Below are positions 8,280-16,936 of a stretch of DNA of 64,000 bases, one piece after another (position 1 is the first letter of the stretch; each line of letters starts with the position of its first letter). The translations under genes were made by a program, and so were the position numbers. The stretch comes from Vulcanimicrobiota bacterium (GTDB lineage: Bacteria > Vulcanimicrobiota > Vulcanimicrobiia > Vulcanimicrobiales > Vulcanimicrobiaceae): positions 2,336,001-2,400,000 of the forward strand of contig OY968762.1 in NCBI GenBank assembly GCA_963695225.1, in the 5' to 3' direction. Under the pieces are notes generated by a model. It was not told where the DNA came from, searched no databases, and saw nothing but the letters and a program-made list of their open reading frames with translations.

Positions 8280-10565
8280 GTGACCTCATTCTCTACGAAA
8301 GCAGTCGAGAGAAGGTACATGGCCGCTGCATCACCCGGCATCGACAAGCAACACAAGAGCCGCTCCCTGTTTTCCACGCTCGGATTGCTTGCCGGCATCC
8401 TCCTCTTTACGGTCGCCATCTTCGGGATCGCGCTCGAGAACGGCATCATTTCCAAGAAGATGTCCGACGACCTCAAGCTGGAGAACGTGGTCGGGCGCCA
8501 GCGCATGTTGCTCGTCGCGATGCAGCGCGACCTGCTCCAAATCGACTCGCTGCGCCTTGCGGGCACCAATGCCGCCCCCGTCGTCGTCTCGCTCACGGAC
8601 GACGCGGCTGCGTTCGACCGCACGCTGACCGCGCTTGCGAGCGGCGGGCCGGCGCTGGAGAGCCCAGGCTCCGAGATCCGCCTCGACGCGCTGCCCAGCG
8701 ACGCCGAACTGGCGTCCGTCCGCGCCTTGCACGACGAGTGGCAGCCGCTCGCAAAGGCGATCGCCGACGTCGGCCGGACGAACGGAGCGCCGAACGAGTT
8801 ACGCTCCGCGCAAGCCGTCGCGGCTCGCGCCACGCCTACGCTGGTCCAGCACGCGGAAGACCTGCTTTCGGCGGTCGAAGCCGGTGCGAACCGAGTCCTC
8901 GTCGATGCGGTCGGAACCCGCAACATCCTCTCGGGATTCGCGATCCTCTGCTTCGTGCTGATCGTCTTCAGCCTGTATTCGCAAGTCAGCGAGGGCCGCA
9001 AACGCAGCGTGGCGTATGCCGCCAAACTCGAAAGCCTCGTCGCCGACGTCTCGACGAATGCGCGCGAGCTCGCGGCCGCCAAACAAGGCGCCGACACGAT
9101 CATGCAAACGGTCCGCCAGGGCCTATTCCTGATCACGCCGCAGTTCCGCATCGAACCGGAATACTCGCGCGAGCTAGAGTCGATCTTCCGGCTTCAAGAG
9201 CTCGCCGGCTACAATTTCTTCAACATTCTGCAGCGCATTCTGACCGAGCGCATGTTCAACACGGCCAGAGACTACGTAACGATGTTGTTCTCGCCGGCGA
9301 AGAAAGAGCGGACCCTGCAGAAGATCAATCCGCTCGAAGAAGTCGAAGTCAACTTCTCGAACGCGGACGGCGGGTTCATATCGAAATACTTGAGCTTCTC
9401 GTTCCGGCGAGTCGTGACCGACGGGCAGATCAGCAGCGTCTTCGTCGCCGTCACCGACGTGACGGAGCGCGTTCAACTCGAACGGCAGCTGCGCGAATCC
9501 GAGCAGAAGAAAGAGCGGCAGTTCGAGCTGCTGCTCGGCATCCTGCACGTCGACCCCCGCGCGCTCGAAGATTTCCTCGCGACGGCGCAAGCGCAGTTGC
9601 GCGACATGAACGACGCGCTCCGCGCGCAGGATTTCGCGACGTCGTCCTCCGGACAGATGGAGCTGCTTCGCCAGCGCTTGGATACGGTCTTCCGTTGCGT
9701 TCACAACATCAAGGGAAACGCGGCTCTGCTCAAGCTCGACTATTTCGTCAAGACTGCCGAACAGTTCGAAACGAAGATCGCCGAGCTCAAGAGTCGCGCG
9801 GCGCTTGGCGGAGACGACTTCCTGGCCGTGGTGATCTCCCAATCGGCCTTGCGGTCGGACGTCGAAGAACTGCAAGAATTGCGCGACAAGCTGATCGGGA
9901 TGCGCGGCAATTCGACCGCGCCGATGGCGACGGGGATTCTCGCGGTTCCGGCACGGCGGGGTTCGTCGCTCCCCACGTTCATCGGCGAGGACGATTTGGT
10001 CGGGTCGATCCGGTCCTTGGCGGATTCGATCGCCGGCAAACTCGGCAAGGAAGTGCGCGTCGAAGCGGAGGCCTTCGACACGCGGCTCGTCCCCGACGAC
10101 CGGCGCCGGGCTATCAAGGACGTCTTGACGCAACTCACGCGCAACAGCCTCGCCCACGGGATCGAAGATCCGGGAATTCGCGAGGCCGCGAGCAAACCGG
10201 CGATGGGGACGATCAGCATTCGACGCGTCCCCGACGCGAACGCCGGCACGTTCCGATTCACGTTCCGGGACGACGGCGTCGGTCTCGAACCGCAGCGGAT
10301 TCGCGCGCGCGCGATCGAGCAGAATCTCCTCGACCGCGATCAAGCGGCCGGCTTCGACGACTCTGCCATCGTCGGCGTGATCTTCGCTCCGGGCTTCACG
10401 ACCGCTAAGGAATCGACGGGTGATGCGGGCCGGGGCCTCGGGCTGGATACCGTCAAGCGGCGGATCGTCGACGAGTGCGGTGGCGAGATATCCATCCGCT
10501 CCGATCCGGGACGCTACTGCGAATTCGAGTTCGCGCTCCCGGTTGCGGCGATGGCCGCACTGTAG
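8280..10565 (+). CDS. Membrane-bound CheA-derived (class III-type) histidine kinase: PilJ/NarX-like sensor, PAS-like region, Hpt, HATPase, no CheW domain
   Basis: Two TMs flank NVVGRQRML. Hpt motif FRCVHNIKGNA; CheA-type RNSLAHGIE, DDGVGL, IFAPGFTT…GRGLGL. The protein ends right after the ATPase. True start may be ATG 8319. Confidence 0.85.
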   Translation: MTSFSTKAVERRYMAAASPGIDKQHKSRSLFSTLGLLAGILLFTVAIFGIALENGIISKKMSDDLKLENVVGRQRMLLVAMQRDLLQIDSLRLAGTNAAPVVVSLTDDAAAFDRTLTALASGGPALESPGSEIRLDALPSDAELASVRALHDEWQPLAKAIADVGRTNGAPNELRSAQAVAARATPTLVQHAEDLLSAVEAGANRVLVDAVGTRNILSGFAILCFVLIVFSLYSQVSEGRKRSVAYAAKLESLVADVSTNARELAAAKQGADTIMQTVRQGLFLITPQFRIEPEYSRELESIFRLQELAGYNFFNILQRILTERMFNTARDYVTMLFSPAKKERTLQKINPLEEVEVNFSNADGGFISKYLSFSFRRVVTDGQISSVFVAVTDVTERVQLERQLRESEQKKERQFELLLGILHVDPRALEDFLATAQAQLRDMNDALRAQDFATSSSGQMELLRQRLDTVFRCVHNIKGNAALLKLDYFVKTAEQFETKIAELKSRAALGGDDFLAVVISQSALRSDVEELQELRDKLIGMRGNSTAPMATGILAVPARRGSSLPTFIGEDDLVGSIRSLADSIAGKLGKEVRVEAEAFDTRLVPDDRRRAIKDVLTQLTRNSLAHGIEDPGIREAASKPAMGTISIRRVPDANAGTFRFTFRDDGVGLEPQRIRARAIEQNLLDRDQAAGFDDSAIVGVIFAPGFTTAKESTGDAGRGLGLDTVKRRIVDECGGEISIRSDPGRYCEFEFALPVAAMAAL

Positions 10566-10574
10566 AGGGAAGCC

Positions 10575-10937
10575 ATGAAATTGCTGATCGTCGACGACTC
10601 CAACGTCATCCGGCGCTCGATCCAACGAACGCTGACGGATCGCAACGCGGAAGTCCGGATGGCGGGCAACGGCCTTGAGGCACTTCGGGCGATCGAGGAC
10701 TTCGAGCCGGACATGGTCACGATGGATATCACGATGCCGGAGATGGACGGCCTGGCGTGCGTCGAGGAGATGTTGCGCCGCCGGCCCGAGGTGCGGATCC
10801 TCGTCGTTTCGGCGCTTGCCGACAAAGCGACCGCGGTCGAAGCGGTAAAACGGGGCGCACAAGGATTTCTCCTAAAACCCTTTACCGCGGAAACCCTCAA
10901 TGAGGAGATCGCGGAGCTATTCGAGGTGCTCGGATGA
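10575..10937 (+). CDS. Single-domain response regulator (CheY-like)
   Basis: LIVDDS, MDITMPEMDG, VVSA, FLLKPF. Confidence 0.93.
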   Translation: MKLLIVDDSNVIRRSIQRTLTDRNAEVRMAGNGLEALRAIEDFEPDMVTMDITMPEMDGLACVEEMLRRRPEVRILVVSALADKATAVEAVKRGAQGFLLKPFTAETLNEEIAELFEVLG

Positions 10938-11413
10938 CGGAAGAAGATCTCAAAGTTTTCGTATCGGGAACTGCGAACTATTTCACGCAAGTTGCGTCCG
11001 TGCCGGCGGAAGTCAGCACGCCTTTCATCAGAGAGGCGAGCGACGACGTCATGTACGATTTCTCCGCCGTCATCGGCATCACCGGGACTCAGCGCGGGTG
11101 CGTCTACTACACTGCGCCGCGCACGATGGTGCAGAAGCTCGTCTCGCAGCTCGGCGAGCCCGAGCTCGGCGACGACATCTGCGCCGATTTCGTCGGCGAG
11201 ATCGCCAATACGATCTCGGGTAACGCTCGCGAGCAACTCGGTTCGGGGTTCATGATCTCGGTTCCGGTCGTCTTCCGCGAGGCGAAAGAGGTCCGCTTCC
11301 CGCCCGATGCGCCCGCCTACGTGATTCCGATCGTGTGGAAGGGGCATCGCTCGTCGCTCATCATCTGCCTGAAAGATGAACCGTTACGCCCCGCCCGGGT
11401 AGAGGTGGGCTGA
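10934..11413 (+). CDS. cheX: CheX-family phosphatase
   Basis: SAVIGITG…G and the catalytic motif GEIANTISGNA. ATGA overlap with the upstream gene. Confidence 0.88.
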   Translation: MTEEDLKVFVSGTANYFTQVASVPAEVSTPFIREASDDVMYDFSAVIGITGTQRGCVYYTAPRTMVQKLVSQLGEPELGDDICADFVGEIANTISGNAREQLGSGFMISVPVVFREAKEVRFPPDAPAYVIPIVWKGHRSSLIICLKDEPLRPARVEVG

Positions 11414-11421
11414 GGAAAGAT

Positions 11422-12612
11422 ATGTCGAAACTGCAATACGAAGTGTTCCTGCGCTCGCGCGAGTTCGAGCGGGCCGCCGCAGGCATGCAGATGCGTCCGA
11501 TGGACTGGCGTCTGTTGCTCGCGCTCGACGGCCGCACGGCTCTCGGAGATCTCGCGCAGCGCCTGTTGCTCGACGTCGACGAAGCCGTCGATACGGTCGT
11601 CGTTGCCGAACGATTGCGGATGGTGGAGCGCCGCCGCGTTTCGCTTTCGGAATACCGGTCGGAATTCGAGCGACGCGCTGCCGAAAACGCGGGTTTCGCG
11701 CCGCAGGCGCCGGCGATCGCGCCCGAGGCGGAACCGCCGGCCGGACCGCTCGAAGCGCCGGCGGAGCTCCCCGGCGCGCCGGCGGCGAACCGGCTGCCGG
11801 CGGACCTCGAGGCCGCCCCGTTAGAGCCCGCTTTCGCGTCTGAAGCGCTCGCACCGCAGCCGGAGCTGGCCGAAGAACCGGCGCGGTTCGCAGAGTACGC
11901 TCCGTTCTCGGAACCGCCGGCGTTCGGCGAGGAGCCGGCGTTTGCCGAGCCCGCGTCGCCTGCCGGATTCGATCCGTTTGCCGGAAGCGCCGGCGTCATG
12001 CTCGGCGAGGCAAGTGAAGCGCGGTTGGAAACGTTCCACGTGATGCGCGAGGGAGTGGCCCATCACGTCGCCGAGTACGCGGACGTTCGCGATCAGCTAC
12101 AGGATGAGCCGCCCGCGCTCGCGCAGGACGCTCCCCATCAGCCCGAGTTCGCCGGTGATGCCGAGCTTGTCGCTCGTCCCGAGCTTGTCGAAGGACGAGC
12201 CGAAGAGTCCGAGCCCGCGACCGAAACCGCGCCCGTCGAGACGACCGTCATCCCGAACTCGTCGAAGGACGAGCCGGCTCTCGGGCACCGGATCGCGGCC
12301 TGGGCCGAAGCTCCGCTGGCGCACGAGGCCGCGCCCTGGGCGCAAGCGCCCGCCGAACCCGCCGTGGAGCCGCAGCCGCCGGCGGAGACTTGGGCTCAGA
12401 CGCCTGCGGAGCCGAACGCCGAGGTTTGGACACCGGTCGCCGCCGAAGCCGAAGCGCCCTCGATGCCGGATGCGCCGGCGGCCGAGCCCGCGTTGACGGC
12501 GCCGGCAGCCCCCTGGGAGGCTGCGGCCCCGGCAGCGGAAAACGTGGTCCCGCCGGTCGTCAAGCCGATCGAATTCAAGCTGCGACCGTCGGTGCAGGTG
12601 GTCATTCGCTAG
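11422..12612 (+). CDS. Hypothetical protein: N-terminal winged-helix-like domain plus long acidic Pro/Ala/Glu-rich region
   Basis: SD GAGGA 9 nt after cheX. WRLLLALDGRTALGDLAQRL is wHTH-like; the remainder is low complexity. Confidence 0.7.
   Translation: MSKLQYEVFLRSREFERAAAGMQMRPMDWRLLLALDGRTALGDLAQRLLLDVDEAVDTVVVAERLRMVERRRVSLSEYRSEFERRAAENAGFAPQAPAIAPEAEPPAGPLEAPAELPGAPAANRLPADLEAAPLEPAFASEALAPQPELAEEPARFAEYAPFSEPPAFGEEPAFAEPASPAGFDPFAGSAGVMLGEASEARLETFHVMREGVAHHVAEYADVRDQLQDEPPALAQDAPHQPEFAGDAELVARPELVEGRAEESEPATETAPVETTVIPNSSKDEPALGHRIAAWAEAPLAHEAAPWAQAPAEPAVEPQPPAETWAQTPAEPNAEVWTPVAAEAEAPSMPDAPAAEPALTAPAAPWEAAAPAAENVVPPVVKPIEFKLRPSVQVVIR
12172..12200. repeat. REP-like palindrome inside a CDS
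   Basis: GCTCGTCC-CGAGCTTGTCGAA-GGACGAGC, same core as 38353-38377. Confidence 0.55.
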
Positions 12613-12640
12613 GGCTTGGGGGCCGAGCAAGGCGAGAAGA

Positions 12641-12686
12641 GAGAGAGGCGGCGAAACCGGATGGTTCCGCCGCCTCTCCCTCTGTT
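12641..12686. terminator. Hairpin between convergent genes, probable bidirectional terminator
   Basis: GAGAGGCGGCG…CGCCGCCTCTC stem. Confidence 0.75.
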
Positions 12687-12696
12687 TCCGGGCTAG

Positions 12697-14406
12697 TTAT
12701 TCCGAGTGCCGATCGTCGTGGGCGCCCGGCTCGTCGGCGTGCTCGCTCACGTTGCCGAAATCGCGCGCGATGCGTTCCGCCACCGAAAGCGTCGATGGGT
12801 CTACCGCACCCTTTTTCGCGGGTACCCTGGTCTTCGCGCGCGGCATGAGGCGGGAGAAGAGGTTGCCCAGCTGCCAGCGCGGCTTCGCCGCGACCTGGGA
12901 GTCGCCCGCGGCCTGCGGCGTGGAAACCGCAGCCGGATCCTCAGGCGCAGCCGCCTCGGCGTCGATCGTTTCGAGCGCGGGAGGTTCGTCTGATTCGATG
13001 ACGCGCGCCGGTGCGGGCGTCATCGACACCGTTCCCGGCGCCGTGGGCGCAGGCTCCGCCGCGGGTGCGTCCGCCTTCGGCGGTTGACCGGCATCCGGCG
13101 GTTGGGCGAACGCGTTGCGCGTGTAGGCCTCGCGAGAAAACGCTTGGCGGCCGAAGGACTGCCAGCCGAGCGGCGCGCGATCGGGGCCTGCGTCGGCCTC
13201 TGCGGGGCGAGCGGTCTCGGGCGCCGCGGCATCGAGCTCGCCGTGCTCCGGGATCAGCCGGAGCCTGGGCCGCTCCTCTTCCGGGGCGCGCAGTTGCGCC
13301 ATGCGCCGTTCGGCGTCCTCGCGTTCGCGAAGCGCGCGCTCGTGGGCTGCGCGCAGGTCGGCGGCGCGAGCCTCGCTTTCGAGGCGCTGTGCGACCGCTC
13401 GTTCCCGCCCCGCGGAGCGCTCGCGCTCGAGGTCGACCTGGAGATTCGCGATCTCGCTCTGGAGCGCCTCGCCCATCTGGATCGTGTCGCGGAGCCGGGA
13501 CTCCGTCTCGGCTAGTTTCGATTCCGCTTGAGCCCTGCCGTTTCGCAGCGCTTTCAGGTGCGCGGCGACGTCTTGTGCTTCACGTTCGAGCGTGCGCGAG
13601 GTCTGCGCGAACTCGTTCGCGCGGCGCTCGACGTCGCTCCGGCCGGCGCCGGCGCGCTCGCGGCCGGCGAGCTCGTCCGCAGCGCTGTTGTCGAGCCCTC
13701 CGCATTGTTGGAGCGCGCTCTCGTAGGCGGCCTTACGTTCGCTTGCGCGTAGCACGGCGTTGCGCTGCTCGGTCCGGGCTTGCTCCATCGCCGCTCGAAC
13801 GGCGGTTATGCGCAATTCGGCCTCCGAGCGTTCGCGTAGCGCTTCTTCTTCGGCCTTGCGGGCTTCGGCGAGGCGAAGCTCCAGCTCGGTGCGTTCGTGC
13901 GCGAGCGCTTCGGCGGTCTGCCGGAGCTCGTTCGAGCGCGCGACGACGCTCTGGTGCTCGCGTTCCGCCTGCTCGATCGCGATGCGTAGCGTCGCGACGC
14001 TCTCCTCGGCTTCCCGCTGCTCCTTGAGTAGCCGTTCCGCCGTTTCGCGCACTTCGTCGGCGCGCCGGCGCGATTTCGAATGCTCGAGCTCCGCGCGTTG
14101 CGTTTCGGCTTGGTGCTCGTCGAGTTGCTTCTGGATCGCGGCGCGTTCGCGGGCGAGTTGTTCGAGCCGGCTCTCGCGGTCGCGGGCCTGGTCGGCGAGC
14201 ATCTGTTCACGTGCGGTCGAATCATCGATGGCTGCACGCAGGCCGGCGGCCCGAGTCTCCAGCTGCGAGCGCTCGGCACCCAGCCTTTCCGCTTCCGTGC
14301 GTAGCGTGGCGAAGCGTTCTTCTGCAGAGATGCGGATGGGTTCAATCACGCGTTCGACTCCCGCTGGTGGTAACGGCAGCGGCCCCGGGCTCGGAGCCGG
14401 CGGCAT
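12697..14406 (-). CDS. Long coiled-coil protein with a disordered C-terminal tail
   Basis: About 370 aa of E/R/A/L/Q heptad-rich sequence, then a Pro/Ala-rich tail. Start uncertain (TTG 14439 or ATG 14406). Confidence 0.75.
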   Translation of the reverse strand: MPPAPSPGPLPLPPAGVERVIEPIRISAEERFATLRTEAERLGAERSQLETRAAGLRAAIDDSTAREQMLADQARDRESRLEQLARERAAIQKQLDEHQAETQRAELEHSKSRRRADEVRETAERLLKEQREAEESVATLRIAIEQAEREHQSVVARSNELRQTAEALAHERTELELRLAEARKAEEEALRERSEAELRITAVRAAMEQARTEQRNAVLRASERKAAYESALQQCGGLDNSAADELAGRERAGAGRSDVERRANEFAQTSRTLEREAQDVAAHLKALRNGRAQAESKLAETESRLRDTIQMGEALQSEIANLQVDLERERSAGRERAVAQRLESEARAADLRAAHERALREREDAERRMAQLRAPEEERPRLRLIPEHGELDAAAPETARPAEADAGPDRAPLGWQSFGRQAFSREAYTRNAFAQPPDAGQPPKADAPAAEPAPTAPGTVSMTPAPARVIESDEPPALETIDAEAAAPEDPAAVSTPQAAGDSQVAAKPRWQLGNLFSRLMPRAKTRVPAKKGAVDPSTLSVAERIARDFGNVSEHADEPGAHDDRHSE

Positions 14407-14440
14407 GGGCGATACGACGACGAAGCTCGTCGTTCTCAAG

Positions 14441-14467
14441 TTATCGGCGTCTTGGACAAAAGGTGAA
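14441..14467 (-). promoter_or_regulatory. Sigma-28-like promoter of the coiled-coil gene
   Basis: Minus strand TTCA-N15-GCCGATAA (perfect -10 element). Confidence 0.6.
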
Positions 14468-14580
14468 GCCCGCGCCGACGGGGGTGATCGCGGGGCGGGC
14501 CGCCAACTTCATCGCGACGCTACCGGGCGCCGGCCCGCCGCTCGAAGCGGCGGGCGCGACCCCGGGAGCTGACGGCAAGA

Positions 14581-14653
14581 GGGCGATTAGCTCAGTTGGG
14601 AGAGCGCCTCGTTTACACCGAGGATGTCGGCGGTTCGAGCCCGTCATCGCCCA
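14581..14653 (+). tRNA. tRNA-Val(TAC)
   Basis: GGGCGAT/ATCGCCC acceptor stem, D-arm TAGCTCAGTTGGGAGAGC, anticodon arm CCTCG-TTTACAC-CGAGG, T-loop GGTTCGAGCCC. CCA not encoded. Confidence 0.97.
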
Positions 14654-14664
14654 TTTCTCGCCGG

Positions 14665-15120
14665 CTACCAGCGTGCGTCGCGGATTGCGACGCGGACGTG
14701 GTAGGCGGCGGCGTCGATATCGCGCGTGGCGGCGCCGCGCAGGCTGAGAGACGCCGGATTCTGCTCCTCGCGCGTTACGTCGAAGCGCGCCTTCTGCAAC
14801 GCCTCGAGCGCGCGCTGCAATCGCCCGCGGCGATCGATGCCGGGGTCGATGAAATGCTCGTCGACGTTTTTGCCGTCGTTGATGCCGGCCACTCTGATGT
14901 CGCGGTAAGCGCGGGCGATGAAGTCGAGGGCCATGTCCTCTTGCCCGTTGACTCCGGGCCGGTAGCCCGGACGGTCGAGGAGCGCGCGGGCGTAGCGGAG
15001 GTCGCCCATCGCGTGGAGGTAGTACGGGTGCGCCCCGGGATAATCGGCGAACGCCGGGGCCGCGGTCGCGGCGAGGGCGACGAACGAGGCCGTCGCGAGA
15101 AGTCTGCCTGCGAAGTTCAT
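14665..15120 (-). CDS. Hypothetical secreted helical protein
   Basis: SD AGGAG; signal peptide MNFAGRLLATASFVALAATAAPAFA; mature start DYPGAHPYYLHAMGDLRYAR. Only the 3' part of the 590-aa track ORF is credible. Confidence 0.8.
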   Translation of the reverse strand: MNFAGRLLATASFVALAATAAPAFADYPGAHPYYLHAMGDLRYARALLDRPGYRPGVNGQEDMALDFIARAYRDIRVAGINDGKNVDEHFIDPGIDRRGRLQRALEALQKARFDVTREEQNPASLSLRGAATRDIDAAAYHVRVAIRDARW

Positions 15121-15342
15121 GTCGTGACTCCTGTTCGGTTGCTGTATCTTAGGATGAGAGCGGCCGGCTGCCGTCCGGCCTATCGAGGAAACGCGCCGCT
15201 TTGCGGCGCCGTCGCCGCGCGCCGGCAAGTCTAACGGCCGTCTAATCGGGCCGGCACGCGCCCTCGCGGGCTGCGGTGCGCGGAATTCGCCGGCCCGTGG
15301 GCCAATAGGTGAATGCCCGTTCCTAGCCGACGGGGGATCTGA

Positions 15343-16848
15343 ATGGATACTGCCAGCAAGCAGGGCGTCGCCCTTTCCTCCATCCTCGCGAGCGCCGGGC
15401 TCACCGTCGCGAAGCTGGTCGTAGGCGTATTGACGGGGAGCCTCGGGATACTCTCGGAGGCGGCACATTCTCTGCTGGATCTCGGCGCAGCCTCGATCAC
15501 GTGGATGGCCGTGCGCGTGAGCGACAAACCGGCCGACGCCGACCACCCGTGGGGCCACGGCAAGTTCGAAGCAGTCTCCGCGCTCATAGAGACGGGCCTG
15601 CTCTTCGTCACGGCTGCCTTGATCGCCAAGGAATCCGTTGCCCGGCTGATCTTCGGCGGCGCGCACGTCGACGTGACGTGGTACTCGGTCGCGGTCGTCA
15701 TCGGGTCGATGGCGGTGGACTTCACTCGCTCGCGCGCGCTCATGAAGGTCGCAAGGGAGACGAAGAGTCAAGCGCTCGAAGCGGATGCGCTCCATTTTTC
15801 GTCCGATATCCTCTCCTCCGGCGCCGTGCTCGTAGGCCTCGGTGGCGTCGCGGCCGGATTCCCGAAGGCCGATTCCGTCGCCGCACTGATCGTGTCGTTC
15901 GTCGTCGCGAAAGCGGGCTGGGACCTTGGGAAGCGCACGGTCGACGTTCTGGTCGATGCAGCGCCCGCGGGCCTCTCCGAGAGCATCGCCGAGGTCCTGG
16001 GGACGATTCCCGGCGTGGCTCGCGCGGACCGCATTCGGGCCCGGCTGCTCGGGAGCACCGTCGTAGCGGAGGCGATGGTCTCCGTCGTCCCGGGGACGCC
16101 GATCGAACGCGCCGCGGCGATCTGCGGCGACGCGGAGTCGGCCGTCATCGCCCGCCATCCGGATGTGGCGATCACGGTTCGGGCGGAGCCTCTCCCGCTC
16201 GATCAGGCGACGGTCGCGGAGACCGTCCGGCACGCGGCGGCGCGGCTCGGCCTGGACGTGCACGACGTCGCAGTCCACGCCGCACGCGGCTCCGAGGGTT
16301 CCGCCGGCCTCTTGCACGTCGTCTTCGACGTCGAGATCGAGGCAGGGACGCTCCTGCGCGAGGCGCACGCGCGCGCCGACGCGCTCGAGCGCGCCGTCGC
16401 CGCCCAACTCGGCAACGGCGTCGTCGTCCGGTCGCACCTCGATCCCAAGCGCGCGGGCCCGGTCGAGGCGAAGGCGCTGCCGCCGGAGAGCGCGGCCGAT
16501 TTGACGGCGCGCGTCGCCGCCGTCGCGGCGGCCGTCCCGCTCTGTCGTGACGTGCGCGACGCGATCGTCCAGGATTCAGAGGACGGCCTCTGCGTCTCGG
16601 TCTCGTGCTTCTTCGACCCGGAGCTGCCGCTGCAGGACGTCCACGCGGCGACCTTGGCGGTCGAGCATCGGATTCGCCGTTTGATGCCGACGGCCGGCCG
16701 CGTCCTCGTCCATGCGGAGCCACTCGCCGATCCGCCCCGGCGCCCGCAGCGCGCGGACCTCGCGGAGGCGCTGCCGGCGGAGCTTGCGATCGTTTCGCGG
16801 GCGGACCTCGCGACCGTTACCGTCGCGGCGCCGCCTCCGCCGGATTAG
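15343..16848 (+). CDS. Cation diffusion facilitator with repeated C-terminal dimerization domains
   Basis: SEAAHSLLD, DHPWGHGKFE, ADALHFSSD. Three CTD-like units ending VRAEP, SHLDP and VHAEP. Confidence 0.9.
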   Translation: MDTASKQGVALSSILASAGLTVAKLVVGVLTGSLGILSEAAHSLLDLGAASITWMAVRVSDKPADADHPWGHGKFEAVSALIETGLLFVTAALIAKESVARLIFGGAHVDVTWYSVAVVIGSMAVDFTRSRALMKVARETKSQALEADALHFSSDILSSGAVLVGLGGVAAGFPKADSVAALIVSFVVAKAGWDLGKRTVDVLVDAAPAGLSESIAEVLGTIPGVARADRIRARLLGSTVVAEAMVSVVPGTPIERAAAICGDAESAVIARHPDVAITVRAEPLPLDQATVAETVRHAAARLGLDVHDVAVHAARGSEGSAGLLHVVFDVEIEAGTLLREAHARADALERAVAAQLGNGVVVRSHLDPKRAGPVEAKALPPESAADLTARVAAVAAAVPLCRDVRDAIVQDSEDGLCVSVSCFFDPELPLQDVHAATLAVEHRIRRLMPTAGRVLVHAEPLADPPRRPQRADLAEALPAELAIVSRADLATVTVAAPPPPD

Positions 16849-16936
16849 CTCGCGCAAACGCGCCCAAGGGCGGCGCTCGGGCATCCCGAACGTTCAGCGA
16901 TTCCGAATCTTCCGCGGGTACGCGCAAGGAGCAGCG

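Noticed and set aside
12697..14439. SMC/Rad50 ATPase
   Set aside because: No Walker A/B, signature motif or hinge; only coiled coil.
14581..15340. tRNA-Val as an island/prophage integration site
   Set aside because: No integrase, no duplicated tRNA 3' end noticed, and no compositional shift.
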